A model generated the notes under the pieces. It had not been told where the DNA came from. It did no database searches and saw nothing but the letters and a program-made list of their open reading frames with translations. The position numbers and the translations under genes were made by a program. Shown here piece after piece: positions 28,514-37,692 of a stretch of DNA of 59,232 nt. Origin of the DNA: an uncultured Pseudomonadota bacterium (GTDB taxonomy: Bacteria; Pseudomonadota; Alphaproteobacteria; Rs-D84); the NCBI GenBank assembly GCA_902790415.1, contig CADARU010000003.1, positions 1 to 59,232 of the forward strand, written 5' to 3'. Positions within the stretch are counted from its first letter, which is position 1; every line of letters begins with the position of its first letter.

Positions 28514-29131
28514 ATGGCATTTGAGATAAAACTTAGCAAAGATTTAACGATAGATTTACGGCGGTGTCCACATTTGCTTATAGTTGGCAAAGGTGATAAT
28601 AATTCTAATTTTGCTGAGCAACTTGAAATGCAAATTGACACCTTTCATGAAGTTATAAATAAAGATATTGGTGATACTTGTAATACTGAATGTATAGGAG
28701 TAGATTTTTGCTTGGACGGTTGTTTTTGTGAACACAAAGAACAATGTATGAACGAAAGGTATGAACTGCTATCTGCTTTGAATTTTGATAATATAGAACA
28801 GTTTAACGAACATTTTAAGTATGAAGACATGCGATATCACGTTGTGTTTGCAAGTTTGCCAACACAGAAACAAACAACTTATTCTTTGAAACAAATACTA
28901 ATGAAAGGACGAGGTGTTGGTATGTATGTTATTATGTTTATAAATAATATAACTGATTTGGGTGATAACGTTGATTTACTAGACATGTTTCCAGTTAAAG
29001 TTATATACAAAGCAAATGATACTGATGAAAGCGTTTTATTAACTGGTTATAAAGGGGCAGAAAGTTTGCGAGACAATGAGTTTATGTTTTGCGAACTTGG
29101 TAAACAGCCAGTGGTTTATAAAAATGTATAA
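28514..29131 (+). CDS. degenerate FtsK/SpoIIIE ATPase-domain protein
   Basis: IDL..CPHLLIVG, KGRGVGMYVI, FPVK, S..L.G..GAESL; Walker A and B eroded; very AT-rich. Confidence 0.6.
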   Translation: MAFEIKLSKDLTIDLRRCPHLLIVGKGDNNSNFAEQLEMQIDTFHEVINKDIGDTCNTECIGVDFCLDGCFCEHKEQCMNERYELLSALNFDNIEQFNEHFKYEDMRYHVVFASLPTQKQTTYSLKQILMKGRGVGMYVIMFINNITDLGDNVDLLDMFPVKVIYKANDTDESVLLTGYKGAESLRDNEFMFCELGKQPVVYKNV

Positions 29132-29370
29132 ATCACTGAAACTGTTTGCACAATATTGTTTTGCATATTTTGTGTTTGTGTGCTGTTATACGGCAAAAAA
29201 CAGCGAATTAGCGCAGATTAAATAACATTTCACTCGTCCATAGATTGTCGAAATCAATTTTTTTGTAAAAATGTGAAATTTGAGTGAAACAAAAACGGGA
29301 CAAATTTTGATAATGTTCAACCAAAATCATCTATGTATAAAAAACTCACTGTATACAGCGAGTTTGCCTT

Positions 29371-29540
29371 TGGTGGGCGCATGGGGATTTCCTCGGTCGG
29401 CGATGCCGCCACTGCGGGGCAACCGTAACGATTTGATTGCGCTATGCTTATCAAATCTACTTGTTGTCGAACCCCTTGGGGTTCTCGTCCAATGACCCAA
29501 AGACCAAAATTAAAACCGACACGATGGTCGGTTTAAATTT
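29371..29540 (-). repeat. tRNA-linked repeat: duplicated 17-bp tRNA-Lys 3' end plus structured spacer
   Basis: TGGTGGGCGCATGGGGA at 29371-29387 is identical to 29542-29558; spacer has TCGAACCCC and hairpins; terminator-like hairpins at ~29340-29366 and ~29512-29540. Confidence 0.8.
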
Positions 29541-29541
29541 G

Positions 29542-29617
29542 TGGTGGGCGCATGGGGACTCGAACCCCAGACCCACTGATTAAGAGTCAGTTGCTCTACC
29601 AACTGAGCTATGCACCC
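29542..29617 (-). tRNA. tRNA-Lys (CTT)
   Basis: 76-nt cloverleaf GGGTGCATAGCTCAGTTGGTAGAGCAACTGACT-CTT-AATCAG...GTTCGAGTCCCCATGCGCCCACCA. Confidence 0.97.
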
Positions 29618-29703
29618 ATGGATCTTTAACTGCCGCAGAATTATATCTTATTTTTTATAAAATGCAAGTTTTTATCTCTATGCCCGCTATACGCCAGAAT
29701 TCA

Positions 29704-29747
29704 AGGTATCCATACCTATGGGTTTTTGTCCGGCCTGGTGATATTAT
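29704..29747 (+). promoter_or_regulatory. palindromic operator plus extended -10 upstream of OMP gene
   Basis: AGGTATCCATACCT (29704-29717), 24-nt gap, TATTAT preceded by TG. Confidence 0.55.
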
Positions 29748-29798
29748 CAACAGTGTTGAAAAGTGTTTTATACACTAAGCAAACAAAAAGGAGAAAAA

Positions 29799-30410
29799 AT
29801 GAAAAAAATTGTTATCCCTGCATTGGCCGCGTTGGTTGCATGTCCTGCATTTGCCGGTCAACAATATCAAACTGTGTCCTTTTGGGATACATTGAATCCG
29901 TATATGGCGTTGCGTGTCGGCGCAGGTTATACGAATCATAATTACAGTTTAAATGATGAAAAAGAATCTATGTCAGATGAAGAAATGCATGGACGTTTGG
30001 CACTGGGGTTATTGATGGGATGTAATCGTGATGCCAGGGCTGAAATAGAATGGTCTTTGTTTACAAAACAAAAAGATACAGAAACATTTGGTGATTTGCA
30101 AAACGTCAAAGTTGATACAAAATTGCAAACATTATTGATTAACACATATATGGATTTAGGTGATTACAAAATGATTCGTCCGTTCGTTGGTTTGGGCGCA
30201 GGTATCGCCATGTCCGAAGTTAGAACCGAAGTTCCGGGTATTGCCGCCGCAGAAAGAGATAACACAAGATTTTCTGCAATGGGTACGTTGGGTGTAACGT
30301 TTGATTGGCATGTGTTTGCCGTAGATATGGCGTTGCGTTATACGTATGCAGATATTAACTCTGGCCTGCATAACTTTGGTGGTGATGTCGGTTTAAGATA
30401 TATGTTCTAA
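29799..30410 (+). CDS. small outer-membrane beta-barrel (Opa/porin-like)
   Basis: RBS AAGGAG, signal peptide, RAEIEW, LLINTYMD...PFVGLGAG, C-terminal GLRYMF. Confidence 0.85.
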   Translation: MKKIVIPALAALVACPAFAGQQYQTVSFWDTLNPYMALRVGAGYTNHNYSLNDEKESMSDEEMHGRLALGLLMGCNRDARAEIEWSLFTKQKDTETFGDLQNVKVDTKLQTLLINTYMDLGDYKMIRPFVGLGAGIAMSEVRTEVPGIAAAERDNTRFSAMGTLGVTFDWHVFAVDMALRYTYADINSGLHNFGGDVGLRYMF

Positions 30411-30436
30411 AATCATATCCTTTATTATGGTGTTGC

Positions 30437-30467
30437 ACAGGCCCTGTTTTATCGGGGTCTGTTTTTT
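30437..30467 (+). terminator. intrinsic terminator
   Basis: ACAGGCCC...GGGTCTGT followed by T tract. Confidence 0.65.
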
Positions 30468-30485
30468 GCCTTTGAATCAGATTTT

Positions 30486-30529
30486 AGGTAATCATACCTG
30501 ACGAAATATCGTGTTGTTTGTAATATAAT
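30486..30529 (+). promoter_or_regulatory. palindromic operator plus -10 upstream of SodC-like lipoprotein
   Basis: AGGTAATCATACCT (30486-30499), 24-nt gap, TATAAT. Confidence 0.55.
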
Positions 30530-30558
30530 TCCTTTGTAACAACCCAAGGAGAAAAACT

Positions 30559-31110
30559 ATGTTAAAAACAATAACAAAAACAACTGTGATGGTCAGTGCG
30601 GTTGCACTGTTGGCGGCCTGTACATGTCAGGTGCCGGTTCAGCATCATCACAAGGCGAAACACCATCACCAGGCACCAGTTCAAGAAGTTGTTGTAATGC
30701 AAGAAACAGAAACTGTCGTTGCCGAAGTTGTCGAAAATAACACCATGAAGGCAAAAATGTACACCCGCAGTTCACGTGGCGGAACCTCCGACATGGGATA
30801 CATTAAATTTATTCAGACAGATGACGGCATGAAGATGGCGGTTAATTTAAAAGATTTGCGTCCAGGTAAAGCATACACTGTTAAAATCTATCCTTGCACA
30901 GAAAATTGCCAGGGCAGTGGTTGTTGTTCTTCAAAATGTATGAATACATCTTTGCCTATGTTGATGATAGATGAACCGGGCAAATTAAAACAGACCTATG
31001 ATATTCGTGGTATAAATTGGGAAAAAATGAACAACGCAAAGGTTGTTTTGACCCGCGATGGCGGATACAAAGCGGCCTGGGGCAGTTTATATCCAGCAAT
31101 GACATATTAA
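30559..31110 (+). CDS. lipoprotein with His-rich linker and Cu/Zn-SOD-like fold lacking metal His ligands
   Basis: lipobox LAAC; HHHKAKHHH; GYIKFIQTDDG...LKDLRPGKAYTVKIY; LPMLMID..G; GG..AAWG. Confidence 0.6.
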   Translation: MLKTITKTTVMVSAVALLAACTCQVPVQHHHKAKHHHQAPVQEVVVMQETETVVAEVVENNTMKAKMYTRSSRGGTSDMGYIKFIQTDDGMKMAVNLKDLRPGKAYTVKIYPCTENCQGSGCCSSKCMNTSLPMLMIDEPGKLKQTYDIRGINWEKMNNAKVVLTRDGGYKAAWGSLYPAMTY

Positions 31111-31139
31111 AACCCTTTATAAAAATGTTTTTTTCTTTT

Positions 31140-31163
31140 ACCGCCCATCCGGGCGGTTTTTTT
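31140..31163 (+). terminator. intrinsic terminator
   Basis: ACCGCCC-atcc-GGGCGGT followed by T tract. Confidence 0.85.
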
Positions 31164-31203
31164 ACTTTAAGAATAAAATCTTATGTGCTAGGATTTTTCG
31201 CAA

Positions 31204-32715
31204 ATGAAAAGCAAGTTTATGATTTTTGTTTGTGTAATGTGCATTTCTGCGGGCGCAGGTATGGCCGATACGTTTGTTGATTCTGATTTTGTATTGGGGG
31301 TTGGACAAACTTTTTCTGATAATTTAATTATTACAGATAATGTACTGATAAATAATCATGGTACAATAACTGGCAATATTAGTATGCAGACACCGGGAAT
31401 AAATGTGCGTTTTATAAATTCCGGGGTAATTTCAGGTAATGTTGATAGGGCATCTGGTGTATTTGTAGATCAAATTGTTCACAGTGCGGCCGATTTAAAA
31501 ACGATTGGTAATTTATCTGGCCATGATATTTTGGTCGAAACAAATACAGCCGAAAAAATAAATTTTGGGACATTGTTGCAAATCGCACAAAATGCAAACG
31601 AAATAAATATCAAAAATACATCGGTGGTTTTGGATTCAAATTTTGTTGGGACTGATATTAATGTCAAGGTAACGGGACCAACGATATTTTATATTAAAAG
31701 TATGTCTGATGATATTAATACCTTTTTTACCAATCATGTTTCTGGCGAATCTTATAACATTATTATTCAAACGTCTGATTTGTTGTTTACGACAGATTCC
31801 GCGTTTTCTAATGCAAATGTTGTACGTCAAACACGATATGGTGTTGCATTGGGAAACAATTTAGGAAAATATTTAGATACCTTGCGTGATGAAAATTCAA
31901 ATGACAAATTACTTGTCGCATTAGATTCTGTGGATAATTTAAATGATTTTAATAATGTGTTATCGCGGTCTGTGCGCACGCATCCGATTAAAATGATGGA
32001 TACGGTACGTGTGTTTAATTCGTTTAATTTGGCGCGTGATGCGTATGGCACATACAATGGTGGAATTGGGCTTACACCTTTTTATGTGCATGCCAAAGAT
32101 TTTGATGTTTTAGGTGCAAACGCAAATTTTACTTATAAAATTTCTGATGATTTTTTGGCAAACTTTGGTTTGTTTGGCGGAAATATGCGGTATGCGGGTC
32201 CGTTTGATGAATTTTCAGGTATTATTTATGGTGCAGATTTTGGGGCAAAATATGAAACATCCGATGTGTTTGCGCGTTTGCAGGGTATGTTTACGTTGGT
32301 AAAATTTGATGATGTGTTGGTCTTTGATGGAACAAATTCTGTGAATAATCCGACCGGTATTGGTACGGGAATGGGACTAGATTTGGGACCGGTGTTTTCT
32401 GTATATGATTCCCAAATAAAAATAAAACCGTTCGTCGGTGTAAATGTTGGTTATGTTTCAATAACCGGCGATAAAAAAGCAGACGTTAATGCAAAAATTG
32501 GTTTGGATGCAGAATTTATAAAAATAATAGACGGGAATAAATATGGATATGGTGCCAAGACGTTTGTTCAAACAGATGGTGCGGTTTACGGTGGCGTGTT
32601 TGCCAATATGTTGTCTGTTGCCGATGGGGTAGGCGGTGTTTTAGATGCGGCATTATTAAATGATGATAACGGGTTGTCTTATAAAGTGTCGTTGGGGATA
32701 AACTTTATTTTCTAA
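31204..32715 (+). CDS. autotransporter-like outer-membrane protein
   Basis: signal peptide, N/G/I/T-rich passenger-like region, C-terminal barrel ending GINFIF. Confidence 0.65.
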   Translation: MKSKFMIFVCVMCISAGAGMADTFVDSDFVLGVGQTFSDNLIITDNVLINNHGTITGNISMQTPGINVRFINSGVISGNVDRASGVFVDQIVHSAADLKTIGNLSGHDILVETNTAEKINFGTLLQIAQNANEINIKNTSVVLDSNFVGTDINVKVTGPTIFYIKSMSDDINTFFTNHVSGESYNIIIQTSDLLFTTDSAFSNANVVRQTRYGVALGNNLGKYLDTLRDENSNDKLLVALDSVDNLNDFNNVLSRSVRTHPIKMMDTVRVFNSFNLARDAYGTYNGGIGLTPFYVHAKDFDVLGANANFTYKISDDFLANFGLFGGNMRYAGPFDEFSGIIYGADFGAKYETSDVFARLQGMFTLVKFDDVLVFDGTNSVNNPTGIGTGMGLDLGPVFSVYDSQIKIKPFVGVNVGYVSITGDKKADVNAKIGLDAEFIKIIDGNKYGYGAKTFVQTDGAVYGGVFANMLSVADGVGGVLDAALLNDDNGLSYKVSLGINFIF

Positions 32716-34016
32716 TCTTGTGATATTTCACCACGTAGCGATGCCTTGTTGGCGGCGGTAATTTTTATGTTTAAAATTTTATAGTCGGCGCGCGGTGAAT
32801 CTTTGACAATGCATTGTTGCATATAAGGTGTGCGGAATATCATATATTTGCCGGTTTTGTCCGGGCCTTCATACAGGCATGGCATTGTACGTCCAACGCA
32901 ACCCTCATTAAATTCGCGTTGTATTTCACCCAAACGCGCATCTAATATCGCCAGACGTTCTTTTTTGATGTTTTCTGGAATTTGATTTGGCATTATTGCG
33001 GCGGCGGTACGTGGGCGTGGGGAATATTTGAAAGAATAAGAATTTATATATCGAACCCGATTCGCAATTTCTAATGTTTGTTCAAAATCTGAATCAGATT
33101 CCCCAGGAAATCCAACAATAAAATCACTGGAAATTTGGATGTCGGGCCGTGCAAGACGCAATTTGTTTATAATGTCCATATAACCATCTAAACTGTATGG
33201 GCGGTTCATACGCTTTAAAACATCGGGTGCGCCACTTTGAATAGGCATATTTAAAAACGGCAATAATTTTGGTTCAATACTGAACATTTGAATAAGGTCA
33301 TCCGTCATTTCTGTTGGATAACTGGATGTAAAACGTATACGTTTGATTTCCGGGATTTTTGCGGTTTCGCGTATTAAATCAGATAACCGGAATTCACGAC
33401 CGTTCTCATCGGTATATTTATATCCGTTTACATTTTGCCCCAGGAAACAAATTTCAACCGCGCCCGTTTTGGCGGCCGCGATTGTGTCGCGCATCACGTC
33501 GTCAAAAGAACGTGATAATTCGCGACCTCGTGTGTAGGGTACAATACAATATGTACAACAATGGTTGCATCCTTCTTGGATTGGTATGTACGAAACCACA
33601 GGGCTAGATGTCATTTGGGGCAGTTCATCAAATTTTTCCAACCCACCCAAATCAATGTTTAATAATCGGGCATCTGGATTATCCAAAATATCGGGCAGGC
33701 GATGATAACTTTGTGGGCCCAAAACAAAGTTTAATTCTGGTATGCGGCGAAATGCGCCGGCACCAACCTCGCGCGCAACACAGCCAACAATACCGAACAG
33801 TGCATCGGATTTTTTTTCATCGCGAACGCGTCCCAGTTCCGAAAATACTTTATTTGTTGCTTTTTCACGAACCGCACAGGTATTTAATATGATTATATCT
33901 GCATCGGAAATCTTGTCTGTGGCGGCCAGACCACGTGCATCCAACATGGCGGCAATTCGCCAACCGTCATACACGTTCATTTGACAACCAAAAGTTTTAA
34001 TAAAGTATTTTTTCAT
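32712..34016 (-). CDS. miaB: tRNA-i6A37 methylthiotransferase MiaB
   Basis: TFGCQMNVYD, NTCAVREKA, radical SAM CNHCCTYC, DFIVGFPGE, YSPRP.T. Confidence 0.96.
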   Translation of the reverse strand: MKKYFIKTFGCQMNVYDGWRIAAMLDARGLAATDKISDADIIILNTCAVREKATNKVFSELGRVRDEKKSDALFGIVGCVAREVGAGAFRRIPELNFVLGPQSYHRLPDILDNPDARLLNIDLGGLEKFDELPQMTSSPVVSYIPIQEGCNHCCTYCIVPYTRGRELSRSFDDVMRDTIAAAKTGAVEICFLGQNVNGYKYTDENGREFRLSDLIRETAKIPEIKRIRFTSSYPTEMTDDLIQMFSIEPKLLPFLNMPIQSGAPDVLKRMNRPYSLDGYMDIINKLRLARPDIQISSDFIVGFPGESDSDFEQTLEIANRVRYINSYSFKYSPRPRTAAAIMPNQIPENIKKERLAILDARLGEIQREFNEGCVGRTMPCLYEGPDKTGKYMIFRTPYMQQCIVKDSPRADYKILNIKITAANKASLRGEISQD

Positions 34017-34021
34017 GTTTC

Positions 34022-34180
34022 TTACATGTGTATTTTTCTTTTTGCGGAAACACGCAACGATGTCAACATGTTGTCAATTTGTTGTTTCTTTGCCATTGTA
34101 TCATCTGTTATTTTTTCGCCTGGATCATCAACCCATCTGTATGACAACCCTGTAATAATATTATAGTCAAACACCATCAT
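34022..34180 (-). CDS. small hypothetical protein (52 aa) between gatB and miaB
   Basis: RBS AAAGGA, ATG, MMVFDYNIITGLSYRWVDD...; fills the gap in a co-directional run. Confidence 0.55.
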   Translation of the reverse strand: MMVFDYNIITGLSYRWVDDPGEKITDDTMAKKQQIDNMLTSLRVSAKRKIHM

Positions 34181-34191
34181 ATCAAATCCTT

Positions 34192-35712
34192 TTAGTTTAA
34201 TTTGTTTCTTAAAATTTCGTTCACAACGGCGGGGTTCGCACTGCCACCAGATTTCTTCATAACATTGCCAACAAAGAAGCCCAACAATCCCGTTTTGCCA
34301 GATTTATATTGTTCAACCTGGGATGGGTTTGCGGCGATAACTTCGTCAATAATTTTTTCAATCGCGGATGTGTCGGTAATTTGTTTCATGCCAAATTTGT
34401 CGGCGATTTCGCGCGGCGCGCCCGATTCGCCGTCTAACATTTTGATAAAGATTTCTTTGGCCTGTTTACCGTTGATGTCACGGGACGCGACCATGTCCAC
34501 CAATTCCGCCAAATCAGACGGGGTGATGATACGCATTTCATCAACTATGCCAGATTTTTCATTTGTGATGTCATAGTTTTCGGGGTGCGCGAACAATTCA
34601 GAAATCATCCAGTTTGCAACCCCCTTGGCACGTTCGGTTTTTCCACCAACCGCCGCATCAAACCAATGAGAAATATCGACTGTTTCGGTAAGGCGCGCGG
34701 CATCGTATTCGGATAATCCATATTGTTCAATATAGCGTGCACGTGTCGCGGCCGGTAATTCCGGCATAGTTTTGCGCACGCGTTCAATTTGTTCATCGGT
34801 AATAACCAATGGCAATAAATCTGGGTCTGGGAAATAGCGATAATCCAACGCATCTTCTTTGCTGCGCAAAACACTTGTTGTTCCATCGCCTTGATTATAA
34901 CGCATGGTGCAACGGTCAATAGTACCGCCATTTTCTAAAATTTCTGGCTGTCGTTTCGCCTCGTATTCAATGGCATTTTTGATGAATTTGAAAGAAACCA
35001 TATTTTTGATTTCGCAACGTTCATTAAAATATTTTGCACCCGCGGGCCGAACAGAAACGTTTACGTCCGCACGCATAGAACCTTCTTCCATATTGGCCTT
35101 GGATACGCCCAATGCACGCGCAATTTCGCGAATTTGGCGCAGGTATCTTTCCGCTTCATCCGGTGATGTGATATAGGAACGGTTTTCCGGATTGTTTATG
35201 TCGATAAATGTAACAATTTCCAACAACATTACGCCACTGCGGTTCAAATCAACAAAAGATTTGCTTGGGTGCATGTCGTGTTTATTTTTTGCCGCATCTT
35301 GTTCCAAATGTGCACGTTCGATTAAAATCTTTTTAGGGTTTCCATCATCGCCCATAATTTCAATCCACCCATTATTAACAACCGCGGGTTCACCAGATGC
35401 CTGGGTTATTTGATACCCTTGGGGCAGGTCAGGGTAGAAATACTGTTTACGTGCAAAACGACTTTTTCTTGCAATTTCCGCATTTATCCCCAGACCGAAT
35501 TTAATGGCCTGGTCAACACAGTATTCGTTTAATACCGGCAACATCCCCGGCATTGCGGCATCAACAAATGACACCTGGGTGTTGGGGGCAATGGTTGGGT
35601 TATAGTTGGCAGATGCACCACTAAAAATCTTACTTTTGGATAGAACTTCGATATGAGTTTCCAATCCAACAACAACTTCCCAATCGCCTGTTTTGCCTTT
35701 TATTGTAAACAT
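34192..35712 (-). CDS. gatB: Asp/Glu-tRNA amidotransferase subunit B
   Basis: VVGLETH, PGMLP, RKQYFYPDLP.GYQI, HLEQDA, EEGSMRADVNVS, DYRYFPDPDL. Confidence 0.97.
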   Translation of the reverse strand: MFTIKGKTGDWEVVVGLETHIEVLSKSKIFSGASANYNPTIAPNTQVSFVDAAMPGMLPVLNEYCVDQAIKFGLGINAEIARKSRFARKQYFYPDLPQGYQITQASGEPAVVNNGWIEIMGDDGNPKKILIERAHLEQDAAKNKHDMHPSKSFVDLNRSGVMLLEIVTFIDINNPENRSYITSPDEAERYLRQIREIARALGVSKANMEEGSMRADVNVSVRPAGAKYFNERCEIKNMVSFKFIKNAIEYEAKRQPEILENGGTIDRCTMRYNQGDGTTSVLRSKEDALDYRYFPDPDLLPLVITDEQIERVRKTMPELPAATRARYIEQYGLSEYDAARLTETVDISHWFDAAVGGKTERAKGVANWMISELFAHPENYDITNEKSGIVDEMRIITPSDLAELVDMVASRDINGKQAKEIFIKMLDGESGAPREIADKFGMKQITDTSAIEKIIDEVIAANPSQVEQYKSGKTGLLGFFVGNVMKKSGGSANPAVVNEILRNKLN

Positions 35713-35766
35713 TTTTCTTTTTCCTTGCTTTTTTGTTTTTTGTATCTTATTATGTACCCCGCGGAT

Positions 35767-35842
35767 GGCCAGATAGCTCAGTTGGTAGAGCAAGGGACTG
35801 AAAATCCCTGTGTCAGTGGTTCGATTCCACTTCTGGCCACCA
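35767..35842 (+). tRNA. tRNA-Phe (GAA)
   Basis: 76-nt cloverleaf GGCCAGATAGCTCAGTTGGTAGAGCAAGGGACT-GAA-AATCCCT...GTTCGATTCCACTTCTGGCCACCA. Confidence 0.97.
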
Positions 35843-35845
35843 TTT

Positions 35846-37315
35846 TTATTTCCCCATTATTTTTGTTGGTCTGTTATCTATGTTGGCAAATTGTTCAATG
35901 TGTTTTGCCAGCTGCAATACGCGCACATCATCAAACATTTTTCCAACAACCTGCATACCCAATGGCAGGTTATTTGATGCCAATCCACATGGAACAGATA
36001 CCGCCGGAATGCCCGCCAAATTCATCGCAACAGTGAATAAATCCAACGCGTAGTATTCAAGTGGTGTTAAATCAGAATCCAATGGTAATGCGGTATTTGC
36101 GCCCGATGGGCAAACAATTAAATCACATTCGTCAAACGCACGATTAAAACTGTCCGCAATCATACGGCGAACACGTGCGGCCTGCATAAAATATACGTCA
36201 TAAGAAGAACTGGATAAAACCGCGGTACCGATAATCATACGGCGCTTAACTTCGTCACCAAATCCGGCGGCGCGCGTCTTTTTAAATGTATCGTAAATAT
36301 CGGAACCTTCTACACGCAGACCATAACGCACACCATCATATCGTGCCAGGTTTGATGATGCTTCGGCCGGGGCGATAACATAGTATGCCGCCAATGCATC
36401 CAAAATGTTTGGAATAGACACTTCTACTATTTCGGCCCCAAGTGATTTCAAATCGGCAACGCGTTTTTCAAACAGATTTTTCATATCTTCAGAAATTTTC
36501 ACGTCATTAAATTCTTTGATGATGCCAACACGTAATTTTTTCCCGTCACCCAAGATTGGTTGTAATGGCACAGAAATTTCTGTTTTAACATTGCTGCTCG
36601 TTGAATCTTTCGCATCGTGTCCCGCCATTACCGATAATAACAATGCGGCATCATCAACAGTGCGTGCGATTGGACCCGGTGTATCCAGTGATGATGCAAA
36701 TGCGACGCAGCCCCAACGTGAACACAGGCCGTATGTCGGTTTAACACCGACAAGTCCGGTAATAGAACATGGAAAACGAATCGAACCACCGGTATCGGTT
36801 CCCGTTCCCCCCATGGCAAGTCCCGATGCAACCGCGGATGTTGTTCCGCCCGATGAACCACCGGCATTTAATCTGCGTTCCAGTTGCCATGGGCTAATTG
36901 GTGCACCAAAGTAAGATGTTTTGGAAAATGTTCCCATAGCGAATTCATCTAAATTAGATTTCCCAAGTAAAACAGTTCCAGCATCTATGAATTTTTGCGA
37001 TATGGTTGATTCATATTCGGGAACAAAATTTTCCAACATGTGGGATGCCGCCGTTGTGCGAATCCCCTTTGTCGCAAATAAATCCTTCATGGCGATTGGA
37101 ATCCCGTCCAATGCGCGCGCGGTTCCGTTTTTGATACGTTCATCGGCCGCGGCGGCATCCGCCAATGCGCGTTCTGGGGTGCGTGTGATATAACAATTTA
37201 ATTCATCACCATATTTTTCAATGCGGTCCAAATGCGCCCGGGTTAATTCCGTTGCAGATATTTCGCCAGATTGTAATTTCTTTAATGCTTCTGTAATGGT
37301 CAGGTCTATCATCAT
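35846..37315 (-). CDS. gatA: Asp/Glu-tRNA amidotransferase subunit A
   Basis: KD, NLDEFAMG, GGSSGG, GTDTGGSIR, EASSNLARYDGVRYG, GFGDEVKRR. Confidence 0.97.
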   Translation of the reverse strand: MMIDLTITEALKKLQSGEISATELTRAHLDRIEKYGDELNCYITRTPERALADAAAADERIKNGTARALDGIPIAMKDLFATKGIRTTAASHMLENFVPEYESTISQKFIDAGTVLLGKSNLDEFAMGTFSKTSYFGAPISPWQLERRLNAGGSSGGTTSAVASGLAMGGTGTDTGGSIRFPCSITGLVGVKPTYGLCSRWGCVAFASSLDTPGPIARTVDDAALLLSVMAGHDAKDSTSSNVKTEISVPLQPILGDGKKLRVGIIKEFNDVKISEDMKNLFEKRVADLKSLGAEIVEVSIPNILDALAAYYVIAPAEASSNLARYDGVRYGLRVEGSDIYDTFKKTRAAGFGDEVKRRMIIGTAVLSSSSYDVYFMQAARVRRMIADSFNRAFDECDLIVCPSGANTALPLDSDLTPLEYYALDLFTVAMNLAGIPAVSVPCGLASNNLPLGMQVVGKMFDDVRVLQLAKHIEQFANIDNRPTKIMGK

Positions 37316-37321
37316 TTCTTC

Positions 37322-37690
37322 CTATCTTTTTATTTCTGCATTTAGTTGATTCAACTTGTTATCGCAGATTTTCTTTTGTGTTTTTAATAAAGTAATCGCA
37401 TGTTCGTAATCAGCAATTTGTTTTGCTATCTCTTTGGAACGCGCACGCAGTGCATCTGCTTCACCTAGATTTTTAGATAATCCTGATTGTTGTATTTCGT
37501 ACACACGTGTTACGATTTCGGTATATTTTGTTGCGCCGATATTGCGGTATTTCATCAGATTACCTTTGGATATAACATCCAATAATTCTGCAAATGTGTT
37601 TATATCGCCCTGTAACAAAGCATTTGTTGCCCCATTGGACAGTCCCATGTCGCGCACAGAAAAATTTTCATAAGGGTTTCGTACAGGCAT
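37322..37690 (-). CDS. stand-alone RNA polymerase alpha-CTD-like (HhH) domain plus coiled coil
   Basis: SVRDMGLSNGATNAL...INTFAEL...LMKYRNIG.....EI resembles the alpha-CTD pattern. Confidence 0.7.
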   Translation of the reverse strand: MPVRNPYENFSVRDMGLSNGATNALLQGDINTFAELLDVISKGNLMKYRNIGATKYTEIVTRVYEIQQSGLSKNLGEADALRARSKEIAKQIADYEHAITLLKTQKKICDNKLNQLNAEIKR

Positions 37691-37692
37691 GA

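Noticed and set aside
29280..29495. 71-aa ORF near tRNA-Lys
   Set aside because: It runs through a terminator and the tRNA-linked repeat, with a TTG start and no RBS.
35713..36036. gatB extension and 127-aa plus-strand ORF
   Set aside because: They overlap tRNA-Phe and antisense gatA; spurious.
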